A stretch of DNA of 64,000 nt from Peptostreptococcales bacterium (GCA_038248745.1 JBBRXC010000001.1:264-64263), one strand, 5' to 3'. Numbered from the stretch's first letter, positions 31,176 through 40,733 are shown. The notes: generated by a model not told the origin, from the sequence alone. Numbers and translations are program-made.

Positions 31176-31435
31176 AAGCAGTTATAACCGTTATCGGTAA
31201 GGATATGGTTGGAATTTTGGCAAAAGTTAGCACAACCTGTGCTGAATCAAATGCAAATGTGATAGAGGTGACACAAACCATCCTTCAGGAATATTTTTGT
31301 ATGGTCATGCTAATTGACATTTCTGAAATGAATTGTGAAATTGACGAATTAAAACAAAGATTGTCTGCAAATGTCCCAACGATGACTGTGCATGTTATGC
31401 ATGAAGACATTTTCAATTCCATGCACCGCATTTAG
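31172..31435 (+). CDS. ACT domain-containing protein (UPF0237)
   Basis: 87 aa. MKAVITVIGKDMVGILAKVS is typical of the small ACT protein that pairs with UPF0210. Confidence 0.8.
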   Translation: MKAVITVIGKDMVGILAKVSTTCAESNANVIEVTQTILQEYFCMVMLIDISEMNCEIDELKQRLSANVPTMTVHVMHEDIFNSMHRI

Positions 31436-31444
31436 GAGGATACT

Positions 31445-32803
31445 ATGCTGAATATGAGCGACATCATGGAAACGATTACCATGATTCAAGATGAAAACTT
31501 AGATATTAGAACGATTACGATGGGAATTTCTTTGATTGACTGTTGCGATAGTGACATAGATAAATCATGTGAAAAGGTGTACAACAAAATCTATACCTAT
31601 GCAAAAGACCTTGTGAAAACAGGGGAAGATATTGAAAAGCAGTATGGCATTCCTATAGTAAATAAAAGAATTTCCGTCACTCCTATAGCCATGTTGGCTG
31701 GTGCCTCTGGTGGGGACCCAGTAAAATATGCAAAAACCCTTGATAGGGCAGCTCGCGACGTAGGGGTAAACTTTATTGGTGGGTACTCGGCGCTTGTACA
31801 AAAGGGATTTTCTCCCGGAGACAAAGCCCTTATAGAATCAATCCCCAGAGCTCTTTCTGAAACTGAATTTGTTTGTTCCTCAGTGAATATCGGGTCAACC
31901 AGAGCCGGCATCAATATGGATGCTGTTAAATTGATGGGACAAATAGTCATAGATGCTGCCGAACTTACCAAAGACAGGCAATGCATCGGAGCTGCCAAGC
32001 TGGTGGTATTTTGCAATGCAGTTGAAGACAATCCATTCATGGCCGGCGCCTTTCATGGTCCTGGTGAAGCTGACTGTGTTTTAAACATTGGTGTCTCCGG
32101 TCCAGGAGTCGTTCGTGCCGCACTTGCTAAAATGCCTGAAGATGCAAGTTTAGACGAAATAGCGGATATGATTAAACGAACTGCCTTTAAAATCACCCGA
32201 ATGGGTCAACTTGTGGGCATTGAAGCCTCCGCTAGATTAGGCGTTCCTTTCGGTATTATTGACTTGTCCCTTGCTCCTACACCAGCTGTTGGAGACTCGG
32301 TTGCTCACATCTTGGAAGAAATCGGTCTTGACATGTGTGGTGGCCACGGGACAACCGCAGCCCTTGCCATGTTAAATGATGCAGTAAAAAAAGGCGGCGT
32401 GATGGCAACCTCCCACGTAGGCGGATTGTCAGGTGCTTTTATTCCAGTAACTGAAGATGCTGGAATGATCGCTGCAGCAAGAGCGGGAAATCTTACGATA
32501 GAAAAGCTTGAAGCGATGACTGCTGTTTGTTCAGTAGGTTTAGATATGATTGTCATTCCTGGGGATACAACTGCTGCTGTTATATCTGGTATCATAGCAG
32601 ATGAAGCCGCAATAGGGATGGTCAATTCCAAAACTACCGCTGTAAGGCTTATTCCCGCCATTGGCCTTGCCGAGGGAGAAGAGCTGGACTTTGGTGGCCT
32701 GCTTGGAAACGGTCCTGTCATGAAGCTAAATACCACCTCTCCTGCTAAAATGATTAACCGCGGTGGCAGGATTCCTGCTCCACTTCAAAGCTTAAAAAAC
32801 TAA
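31445..32803 (+). CDS. PFL-like UPF0210/DUF711 family protein
   Basis: 452 aa. [11 protein letters not shown] start and the conserved partnership with the upstream ACT gene. Confidence 0.8.
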   Translation: MLNMSDIMETITMIQDENLDIRTITMGISLIDCCDSDIDKSCEKVYNKIYTYAKDLVKTGEDIEKQYGIPIVNKRISVTPIAMLAGASGGDPVKYAKTLDRAARDVGVNFIGGYSALVQKGFSPGDKALIESIPRALSETEFVCSSVNIGSTRAGINMDAVKLMGQIVIDAAELTKDRQCIGAAKLVVFCNAVEDNPFMAGAFHGPGEADCVLNIGVSGPGVVRAALAKMPEDASLDEIADMIKRTAFKITRMGQLVGIEASARLGVPFGIIDLSLAPTPAVGDSVAHILEEIGLDMCGGHGTTAALAMLNDAVKKGGVMATSHVGGLSGAFIPVTEDAGMIAAARAGNLTIEKLEAMTAVCSVGLDMIVIPGDTTAAVISGIIADEAAIGMVNSKTTAVRLIPAIGLAEGEELDFGGLLGNGPVMKLNTTSPAKMINRGGRIPAPLQSLKN

Positions 32804-33122
32804 ACCCAATATAAGCAGCCGACATTGGGTTTGTTAAAATATTAACCCCTGAAGTTGGTGGGTTTTTGGAAAATTAACCTGTGGATAAGTTTTTTAGTGC
32901 CAAGTAAATTATTCCTGTCATAAAATAAACTGAGCATGGGATGAATGTGTTTATGTCACATTCATCCCATGCTCAGTCTTTATACGTTTAATTGATTAAG
33001 TTTGTTTCCGTACCTTTGATTAGTTATCCACAGGTTCCCTGTGAATAACGGAAATTTGAAATGACTAATTGCAAGGGATAAAAAAAAAACGAAGCCCAAT
33101 GTCGGATGCTTATAATGGGCTT
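32802..33122. repeat. 320-bp composite palindromic (MITE-like) element bounded by inverted copies of the 31-nt REP-like unit
   Basis: Left end AAACCCAATATAAGCAGCCGACATTGGGTTT (27/31 match to the inverted unit). Right end is a perfect AAGCCCAATGTCGGATGCTTATAATGGGCTT (33092-33122). Internal mirrored CCTGTGGATAA (32878-32888) and TTATCCACAGG (33024-33034), with a central 21-bp hairpin. Confidence 0.8.
32929..32977. terminator. Strong bidirectional hairpin between convergent genes
   Basis: ACTGAGCATGGGATGAATGTG / CACATTCATCCCATGCTCAGT, a perfect 21-bp stem with a 7-nt loop, flanked by AAATAA and CTTTAT. Confidence 0.7.
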
Positions 33123-33622
33123 TGATCCAATTTGTTTGCAAGCTGAAGTAACCTTTCACAGGCAAGCTTTTGTGCATAACTGGAAATAGCTAGTTTTAGA
33201 ATCATCTCTGAGAGTTCCTCCCGGTCCATGTCTACATGGATTAAGTCTGAAACAGCTACGAATTCTCGGTCTATTTCTTTACAATATTTTTTATAAAAGT
33301 CCTCAATTTCTTGTCCCTCAAGTTGATCTTTTAGAAGTTTATCCGTATCTGATACAGATAAGACTCTCTTAAGAAGACAAATTGCCGTCAAATGAGCCAC
33401 ATGCTCTTTTTTGTATTTTTTTCGATGGGCCCTAGGCAATAAACCTTTTTTTATATAATTATTCACCATGGAGGCTGTCAGTGTTTCCTCACCTTCAAGC
33501 CCAATATGCTGTTTTTTCATAAAATTAAGCACTTGATCCATATATAATTCAATATCAGGGATCTGCTCCCATTTGGCAGGTCTGTCATCTTTTAAACTTC
33601 TCTTTAATTCAACAATATTCAT
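33110..33622 (-). CDS. DUF1836 domain-containing protein
   Basis: 170 aa. N-terminal ...WEQIPDIELYMDQVLNFM pattern. The last four codons and the stop lie inside the REP-like copy. Confidence 0.55.
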   Translation of the reverse strand: MNIVELKRSLKDDRPAKWEQIPDIELYMDQVLNFMKKQHIGLEGEETLTASMVNNYIKKGLLPRAHRKKYKKEHVAHLTAICLLKRVLSVSDTDKLLKDQLEGQEIEDFYKKYCKEIDREFVAVSDLIHVDMDREELSEMILKLAISSYAQKLACERLLQLANKLDQSPL

Positions 33623-33626
33623 TTTA

Positions 33627-34853
33627 TTATACCTCTTTTCTCCCAGGTCTTTTACAAGTATAGTGACTGGTATCCTTATAATTCAAGGTATCCATTGGAA
33701 GCTCCTTCTCACATAGTTTGTTCCTGACATATCTGCCCACATAGGCGTATATAACAGCAAAAATAGGGATTCCGATAATCATTCCAATAAATCCAAATAA
33801 CCCACCGCCAACCAGGATTGCAAAAATTACCCAGAAACTTGGTATGCCTGTAGAACCACCCAAAATCCTAGGCCCTATTACATTCCCATCCACAAGCTGC
33901 AATATTTGTATGAATATTACAAAATATACCGCTTGGATTGGGCTTTCCAGCAATATGATGATTGTTGAAGGGATTGCCCCTATAAACGGTCCAAAGAATG
34001 GGATGATATTTGTCGCACCGATAATCACACTTATTAATAAGGTATATGGCATACCCATAATTGTCATTGATATAAAACATATAATTCCAACAATGATAGA
34101 ATCTATTATTTTCCCATTGATAAAACCACTAAAAGTTCTGTTGATAAATTTTGATTCATGGATAATAAATTCTGCTCTTTCTTTTGTACAGCTTGCAAAA
34201 ATAATTTTTTTTGCCTGCGCAGCGAAAACTTCTTTTCCGTTCAGAAAATAAACACAAATAATAAGCCCTAATAAAAAGTTCTTGATGATCACTAAAAAAC
34301 TGATTAATCCAGTGGAGACACCTGCCACCACTTCTGACACGGTTGGCACCAGATTTTCCATAAACCAGTTGGTTAAATTATTTACAATGTTATTATTGAT
34401 GAAGTTTGCTGTTCTTTCAGATAGGTTAAATTTATCAACGACCCAAATCATTAATCCATCTGCATTACTTGGAAACGTGTTAATAATGCCCAGTATGCTT
34501 GTAGCCAGCTGAGGTAAGACCATGCTGATCAATCCGGTAATAATCGTTATCGACAATACTAAAGTGATTGCAGTAGATACTATTTTTGAAAAAGATATTA
34601 ATTTTTTCTTGTTATTGATCCGTGGTTCAAGAAACAGATTAATCTTCCGTAGGAAAAAATTATAGGAGGGAGTTAATAAATAGGCTATGACAAACCCATA
34701 AATAAATGGCGTTACAATGGCAACAAGAACACTCAGGTTTTCTGCAAGCCCTTGGGAACGATAAATCAGAAAAAACAAAACGATGGAGGCTGAAATAGCG
34801 ATAAAAATTGTCAACCCCCACTTAAAATAAGTATTTTCGATTTTAAGTTTCAT
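33627..34853 (-). CDS. AI-2E family transporter (PerM/YhhT-like)
   Basis: 408 aa with about eight TM segments and a C-terminal GxxGxxIGIP-type motif (GFIGMIIGIPIFAV). Confidence 0.8.
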   Translation of the reverse strand: MKLKIENTYFKWGLTIFIAISASIVLFFLIYRSQGLAENLSVLVAIVTPFIYGFVIAYLLTPSYNFFLRKINLFLEPRINNKKKLISFSKIVSTAITLVLSITIITGLISMVLPQLATSILGIINTFPSNADGLMIWVVDKFNLSERTANFINNNIVNNLTNWFMENLVPTVSEVVAGVSTGLISFLVIIKNFLLGLIICVYFLNGKEVFAAQAKKIIFASCTKERAEFIIHESKFINRTFSGFINGKIIDSIIVGIICFISMTIMGMPYTLLISVIIGATNIIPFFGPFIGAIPSTIIILLESPIQAVYFVIFIQILQLVDGNVIGPRILGGSTGIPSFWVIFAILVGGGLFGFIGMIIGIPIFAVIYAYVGRYVRNKLCEKELPMDTLNYKDTSHYTCKRPGRKEV

Positions 34854-34916
34854 CGGCTTCCTCCCGTCAAAATTTTATAATGTCATTATATCAAATCCCT
34901 TAAGATTATACCAGTA

Positions 34917-35978
34917 TTATCTGATGTAGTCTTTAAATCCACTTGTATATTCAAGACTCCCGTCAGGCATTACAAAAACCGCTTCAGCACCATCAATTTT
35001 TTCAATTAGCGCTTTTGCTTCATTAAGGGGCATAATAAAGCAGGCCGTGGAAAGCCCGTCTGCTATGCCGGAATCTTTTGCAATAATTGAAACGGACCTG
35101 TAATGATCTGCTGGCATAAGCGTCTCCGGATCAATAATATGATGATATCTTTTCCCATTTACAAAATAATATCGCTGGTAATCGCCACTTGTAACGAGAG
35201 CACTTTCAACGAGTGCCACCGTATGAATGAGACTTGTGCCATCTTCCTTGTCAGGATTCTGAACGCCTACTTTCCAGGGGCCTTCATCATTGCCCTTCTC
35301 ACCAATGGATCTGACATTACCTCCGATACTTAGAAGCATCATTGTAATACCTTCCTTCTTTTCTCCGGCGAGGGCTGCCTGTTCTGTCGCGTAACCCTTT
35401 GCAACAGCCCCAACATCCAGGCTCATTTCTTTATCTTCAAGATAAACAGTACTCGCCTGTTCGTCTATTATCATCTTATTCATATCAGTATGTTTATTCG
35501 CTTCGAACAGACTTTCCATTGGAGGTACAGCCGCAGATTCAGGTAGAGCTATTCCCGCTTCCCTATATTCATGCCACACCTTCAGTACACTGCCAAATGC
35601 AACATTCACTTTTCCATCGGTCAATTCGTAGATTTCTTTTGAGAACAGAAGCAGATCTATCAGCTTTTTATCAACTTTCACAGGATTTATTCCCGCATTT
35701 TCATTGATGGTTTTGATATTATTTATACCCTCATAATCATTATAAATATCAAATAATTCATGATATATTTTAAGTTCATCGTAAATAAAATTTGACTGTT
35801 TCTTAAACGCAGCCTCATCAGTTGAATATGCTATGATTTGTGAGGCAGTATCAAATAAATTTGTGAATCCTACGTCATACCTTGTTAATTTTGTTCCATT
35901 TGCACACCCGACAAGCATTCCTGCACTTAATGCGATTATAAGGATTATGCTTATTTTAAGTTTCATTTTATTGGTCAC
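34917..35978 (-). CDS. apbE: FAD:protein FMN transferase (ApbE) lipoprotein
   Basis: 353 aa. GTG start 8 nt after GGAG. Lipobox MLVGCANG. ApbE motifs DVGAVAKGYA, LLSIGGN, TSGDYQRY and HHIIDP. Confidence 0.88.
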   Translation of the reverse strand: MTNKMKLKISIILIIALSAGMLVGCANGTKLTRYDVGFTNLFDTASQIIAYSTDEAAFKKQSNFIYDELKIYHELFDIYNDYEGINNIKTINENAGINPVKVDKKLIDLLLFSKEIYELTDGKVNVAFGSVLKVWHEYREAGIALPESAAVPPMESLFEANKHTDMNKMIIDEQASTVYLEDKEMSLDVGAVAKGYATEQAALAGEKKEGITMMLLSIGGNVRSIGEKGNDEGPWKVGVQNPDKEDGTSLIHTVALVESALVTSGDYQRYYFVNGKRYHHIIDPETLMPADHYRSVSIIAKDSGIADGLSTACFIMPLNEAKALIEKIDGAEAVFVMPDGSLEYTSGFKDYIR

Positions 35979-36021
35979 TTTTGATCTCCTCGAAAAATAA
36001 TTATAGTAAACTGTATTTTGG

Positions 36022-36060
36022 GAAAAAAATTAGGGGCAGAAAATCCCACCCCTAAAAAAA
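36022..36060 (-). terminator. Intrinsic terminator between the FMN-binding lipoprotein gene and apbE
   Basis: Minus strand: TTAGGGGTGGGATTTTCTGCCCCTAA hairpin followed by TTTTTTTCC. Confidence 0.6.
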
Positions 36061-36070
36061 ACGTTGTTTT

Positions 36071-36574
36071 TTATTTTGCTTCTGCCTGTGCAAGCGCTTC
36101 GTTTACAAGGTCAAAGAAGTGACCATAAGAAATGGTTGCTCCTGAAATTGCATCCGTTTTGCCTTCAGCATCAAACATAATGGAAGTAGTATCCTGTGTT
36201 GAAACGATATAATCTTGAATAGCCTTTGCCTGTGCATCCCAAGGTGAAGTAGAGCCTGCAACACTCATGTCATAATTTCCAGCTGCCACTTCTGCCAGTT
36301 TGTCACCCTTTGTAGCATCTGAATTTGTTGCATTTAAAACAACAGCTGATATTTTACCATCCGTAATTGTTACGGTAGCATTATCTTTCCATCCAGTTTC
36401 AGCACTAAAATCAGCCTGTTCAGCGGTATAAGTACCGTCTGTATAAAGAGTAGCCTCTGGTGTTGGTTCTGGTGTTGGTTCTGGTGTTGGCTCATCTTTT
36501 GCGCATGCTGTAAATACAGTCAAGGCCATAATAAGAACCAGCATAAAAATACCTGTTTTTTTAAAATTTTTCAT
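36071..36574 (-). CDS. FMN-binding domain lipoprotein (PplA-like flavinylation substrate)
   Basis: 167 aa. Lipobox VFTACAK, PTPEPTPEPTPE linker, single FMN_bind-like domain carrying the ApbE target motif DAISGATIS. Confidence 0.8.
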   Translation of the reverse strand: MKNFKKTGIFMLVLIMALTVFTACAKDEPTPEPTPEPTPEATLYTDGTYTAEQADFSAETGWKDNATVTITDGKISAVVLNATNSDATKGDKLAEVAAGNYDMSVAGSTSPWDAQAKAIQDYIVSTQDTTSIMFDAEGKTDAISGATISYGHFFDLVNEALAQAEAK

Positions 36575-36615
36575 TGAAAATTTCCTCCTTAAATTGAATT
36601 GTTTTGATTGAGTTA

Positions 36616-37131
36616 TTATTTGTTATTATAAAACCCGACTCTGTTAAAAGCAGGTTGAATAAACTTGAGTAGTACCGATGTGACAATTCCTGCTATCACT
36701 CCTGTCAGAAGTAGAAGTGGGAAAAAGTACAACAGATACAAGTTTGTATATACAACAGAGACAGCGACCAGCTGACCAATGTTATGGGATATAGCACCGA
36801 AAATACTTAAAATCAAGTAAGATACCCTGTCCTTAAATATATACATGAAAAGAATCATCACTGTTACCGATAAAAGCCCTCCAGATAAACTTAAAACACT
36901 TGCGATCCATCCTCTTGTTGAAAAGACGAAAATGGCTTTTAATACTGCCACTGCATATGCCTGTTTCCCTCCTATAAAGAAAAGAACATACATGACGGCG
37001 ATATTTGAAAGTCCAAATTTAACACCAGGTATTGCAACGGGCAACGGAGGCAATGAATTTTCTACGACTGACAATATGATTGCAACTGCAAAGAATAGTG
37101 ACGTCAACACCAGCTTTTGTGTTTTTCCCAT
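36616..37131 (-). CDS. Gx transporter / heptaprenyl diphosphate synthase component I-family membrane protein (EetB-like)
   Basis: 171 aa with five TM segments. The family pattern LPPLPVAIPGVKFGLSNI is typical of Hpre_diP_synt_I-type proteins. Confidence 0.65.
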   Translation of the reverse strand: MGKTQKLVLTSLFFAVAIILSVVENSLPPLPVAIPGVKFGLSNIAVMYVLFFIGGKQAYAVAVLKAIFVFSTRGWIASVLSLSGGLLSVTVMILFMYIFKDRVSYLILSIFGAISHNIGQLVAVSVVYTNLYLLYFFPLLLLTGVIAGIVTSVLLKFIQPAFNRVGFYNNK

Positions 37132-37517
37132 TATATTACCACGTCATTCTGATTATTATGATACCCATTTACTGGAACAATTTTCAATATTAAACCATTT
37201 GGCAGACAAGCTGCACTTTGACCCACAATATGAAGTCTTCCCGAATGAACACATATTTGATCGGGGCAATCAGATTTTTCAAAGGCAATAAACCCATCCT
37301 TATACAAATGAAAAACTACATTTTCCTTACCTGGAATTGAAAAAGTGCTGTCTTCTCCTGTCGACAAAACAACAGTTTTCATTAATTCTGATTCCAAATA
37401 TATTTCTGCCTTCGCTTCTTCCCCTTGCGCCAGATAATTATAGGTCACATATACCGTTGCTGAAATAACCAGCAATATTATAATGACGATTAAATCTGTT
37501 TTTTTAAAAAATTTCAT
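37131..37517 (-). CDS. NusG domain II-containing membrane-anchored protein (DUF1312, EetA-like)
   Basis: 128 aa. N-terminal TM followed by a beta-rich domain with CPDQICVHSG...ACLPNGL. Confidence 0.6.
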   Translation of the reverse strand: MKFFKKTDLIVIIILLVISATVYVTYNYLAQGEEAKAEIYLESELMKTVVLSTGEDSTFSIPGKENVVFHLYKDGFIAFEKSDCPDQICVHSGRLHIVGQSAACLPNGLILKIVPVNGYHNNQNDVVI

Positions 37518-38512
37518 TTTGTTATCCCATTATATGACTTTTCTAAAATGTCAATCAGTTTGCCTTTTTTCTCTATGTTGGTTTCAAGCCCATCTATAAC
37601 AAGGCTTGCTTTATTATAATAACCTTTTGAAATTCCTTTTGTAAAGCCTATTCCATCAAATTTAATAACCAGATTGATTATTTCTTCTATATGAATTCCC
37701 CCAGTTTTTATATTTGTGCTAAAATCTTCATTTTGTTTAATTGCATGAATTAAAGGAAGTGTTATGACACCTTCTTCATAATCCTTACCAACAGGTTTTT
37801 TTGCCTCTGCTTCAGACGCTTCAAAGTCTATGCAATCATCCGTCAATTGAAAGATCATGCCTATATATCTACCCAGTTTAGCATACTGGTTTTGATATTT
37901 TTCTTGTTCTCCGGAAAAAATTGCTCCTGCCAAGAACGCTCCTTCAAACAAAGCCGCAGTTTTACCTCTTATAATCTTTAAATATCTGAATGTTGATATA
38001 TTCAGATTTCCATTGTTAGCGTACTGCTCCAGTTCTCCAAGGCAAACTCTTGAAACAAAGTTCGGCAGAAAAAATTCAGTATAGTTTTCCTTTTCTTTTA
38101 AAAGGGATAAATTTCTAAGGGCTAAACTAAGTAAATAATCTCCACAAATCACTGCCTTTTTCTTACCGTATTTCTTTTGAAGTGTTTCATTTCCTCTTCT
38201 TAAATCAGAATCATCAATAATATCATCATGAACCAAAGTTGCCAAATGCAGTATTTCTATTGATACGGCCATGTAAACAGCATTTTCATGAATTTCGTTT
38301 TCTCTGTTCAGTGCACAAACTAATAGCCCTTTAGCTCTAACAAACTTACCCTGACTCTTTGATAAATGCTTCGTATAATCTCTAACCATATGAGGCGCTT
38401 GAACCAGTAGTTTTTCAACGGAAGCTTTTGTCAAATCTAAAGCTTCATCAAATGTATAGTATTTGATGTCAGAATGAATACTGCCAGAATTGTTAATTTC
38501 CAGTTTAGTCAT
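37514..38512 (-). CDS. Polyprenyl diphosphate synthase (DmkB-like)
   Basis: First Asp-rich motif LVHDDIIDDSDLRRG and second Asp-rich motif QLTDDCIDF. ATG at 38512; the track start at 38536 is TTG. Confidence 0.85.
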   Translation of the reverse strand: MTKLEINNSGSIHSDIKYYTFDEALDLTKASVEKLLVQAPHMVRDYTKHLSKSQGKFVRAKGLLVCALNRENEIHENAVYMAVSIEILHLATLVHDDIIDDSDLRRGNETLQKKYGKKKAVICGDYLLSLALRNLSLLKEKENYTEFFLPNFVSRVCLGELEQYANNGNLNISTFRYLKIIRGKTAALFEGAFLAGAIFSGEQEKYQNQYAKLGRYIGMIFQLTDDCIDFEASEAEAKKPVGKDYEEGVITLPLIHAIKQNEDFSTNIKTGGIHIEEIINLVIKFDGIGFTKGISKGYYNKASLVIDGLETNIEKKGKLIDILEKSYNGITK

Positions 38513-40475
38513 TATATAAGTACCACTTTCTTCCAAATCTTGTATGTGCCCATTTATTTTTCAATACCGGCATGACATAATAATCCAAGCCAAATACGCT
38601 GCCTCCAGCTATTAGTAAAGCGATTGCTGCAAATACCATCCAGAAGGTGGTAATATATAGCCCCGTAGTCAGCATGAACATAGCTTGTAGAACAATGGAA
38701 AACCCGGAAGCAAGGAAGGTAAAAAGCCCACCAATTAAAGCCAAACCGATAAGAATTTCTGCAATGACGATTGTTGACTGCATGAATACCTGCATGGCTT
38801 CACTTGATAAAATAAATTTATCTACAAACCAGTTCATAAAAGGCATATCTATTTTCAATGCATAATCTGACATTGTTGCCATATCTAAACTCTTTCCGCT
38901 TACAAATATAATACGAATCAGTCCAAATATATCAAAATTTAAAATCTGTACTCCTGTTGTAATGACCGATTCGACACCACCTGCACCGGTTGCTGCAGTT
39001 ACAGCATCTCCAGCTTTTTGTACGGTATCAGCGGCTACATCCCCAGTAATACTATTATACCAGTTGGTCGCTCCACCAAAGAAGCCTTCAAGTTTTGGCT
39101 GAGTCATCCAACCTTCAATGATTTTTTTAATACCTTCGAATACCCACACTGAACCAAGCCACAAACGCAATGGAACCAGTAAAAAACTTGGTGTTCGATT
39201 GGAAAAATGTCCTCCCACGAAGCTTCTGTTGTTTCGAATTGTGAAGAACTCATGTTTGGAATAGTTAAATAGCTTGTTCCAACCCAGTACCTGGAGAAAA
39301 TAAATGCAGTTGATAAAATGCTTTGACAACATGGCCAAAAATGATGGCAGGTTGAACATGAATTTTGGAAGTCCCACTCTAGCTACACCATAACGTCCTC
39401 CCACACAAACCATAACCCCATGAAATGATGGTTTATAGGTTTCCAAATGCTGACCTTTGATGGCAGCTTCAATGTTGTGAGACACTGTATGCGCACTTTG
39501 TTCACAGTTTTCAACCATCTGAGGTACTGGCATTTCCTCTCCCTTAGGGATAAAGAACATATTGTCTCCAGCAACGTATACATCTTCTCTATCTACAGAT
39601 CTTAAATATTCATCGGTCTTGATTCTACCACGACCAACTGAAGTAATCTGTTTCGCTGCTTCATATGCAATCGCTGCGCTTTCTATTCCTGCCGCCCATA
39701 CTACCGTTCCTGCATCATATTTATTGGTTTCTTCACCAACTTTAAGCGCAATAAAATCTTGACCAATTTCTACCACGCCTGTGCCAAACATGGTTTTAAC
39801 ACCCATTTTATTCAAACGTCTTTCTACCTTGTTCGATAATTTTTCAGGTAAAATAGGTACAGCTCTTGGTAAAATATCAACATTACATAAGGATACCAGT
39901 TCTTTCGGGATCCCATGTTTTTTACATAATATAGGCACGTATTCTGCCAGTTCGCCAATCATTTCAACGCCAGTAAATCCAGCACCTACAACGTAAAAAG
40001 TCAGCATCAATTTCTTCTTCTCTAGATCAGTAATGGAAACTGCTTTTCTGAAAGAATTCTCGATTTGTTCTTTTAATCTAATTGCGTCATCAAACGACCA
40101 AAGATTAAATGCAAACTCTTCTGCTCCTTTTACCCCAAAATAAGTCGGTTTAGAGCCGGAAGCAATAACAAGATAATCGTACTCATATTGGCTGCAGTTA
40201 CCTAAAACCTTTTTGCCATCAAAATCAATTGATTCAACTGTATCTAACACCACATCAACATTTCGCCCAGAAAACACTTTCTCAAGACTAATTTTGATGC
40301 TGTCCTCATCCACCCTGTTTGCGGATACTTCATGCAACTCAGTCAGCATTGTATGATAAGGATTTCTATCAATTATTGATATGGCAACTTCTTCTTTAAT
40401 TTTAAATTTCTTGGCCAATTTTTTAGCTGTCAAGATCCCAGCGTATCCTGCGCCAATAATAACAATTTTCTTCAT
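38505..40475 (-). CDS. ndh: Type II NADH dehydrogenase (NDH-2) fused to a C-terminal polytopic membrane domain
   Basis: 656 aa. KIVIIGAGYAGILTA and VVGAGFTGVEMIGEL dinucleotide motifs within the first 400 aa or so. The last 250 aa or so contain several hydrophobic helices. Confidence 0.85.
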   Translation of the reverse strand: MKKIVIIGAGYAGILTAKKLAKKFKIKEEVAISIIDRNPYHTMLTELHEVSANRVDEDSIKISLEKVFSGRNVDVVLDTVESIDFDGKKVLGNCSQYEYDYLVIASGSKPTYFGVKGAEEFAFNLWSFDDAIRLKEQIENSFRKAVSITDLEKKKLMLTFYVVGAGFTGVEMIGELAEYVPILCKKHGIPKELVSLCNVDILPRAVPILPEKLSNKVERRLNKMGVKTMFGTGVVEIGQDFIALKVGEETNKYDAGTVVWAAGIESAAIAYEAAKQITSVGRGRIKTDEYLRSVDREDVYVAGDNMFFIPKGEEMPVPQMVENCEQSAHTVSHNIEAAIKGQHLETYKPSFHGVMVCVGGRYGVARVGLPKFMFNLPSFLAMLSKHFINCIYFLQVLGWNKLFNYSKHEFFTIRNNRSFVGGHFSNRTPSFLLVPLRLWLGSVWVFEGIKKIIEGWMTQPKLEGFFGGATNWYNSITGDVAADTVQKAGDAVTAATGAGGVESVITTGVQILNFDIFGLIRIIFVSGKSLDMATMSDYALKIDMPFMNWFVDKFILSSEAMQVFMQSTIVIAEILIGLALIGGLFTFLASGFSIVLQAMFMLTTGLYITTFWMVFAAIALLIAGGSVFGLDYYVMPVLKNKWAHTRFGRKWYLYND

Positions 40476-40733
40476 ACTTTGCTCCTTGTTCTATTTTATT
40501 ATAATATTAACTATCATACTCTTCACTGTATATTTTTACACGATATTTATAGTATAGTATATTGGTAGGTAAATATCAATCGATTTCTTCGTGAATTGTT
40601 AAGTTTAAATCAAGCAAAAACCCTATTTACAATATATTATTTGTTATTATTTTGGTTATTTTTCCCTTTGATGGGTAAATACATAACATGAATTAAATAA
40701 TGTACTTATTAAAGAAATATGGAGGAAATTGAA

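Noticed and set aside
40494-40602. PerR/Fur-like box (TTTTATTATAATATTAAC, 40494-40511) and Rex-like half-site (TTGTTAA, 40596-40602) in the ndh/dfx divergent region
   Set aside because: Neither reaches a convincing match to the full palindromic consensus. The PerR 7-1-7 repeat is not reproduced, and the Rex right half has 3/7 mismatches. In such AT-rich DNA these could be chance.
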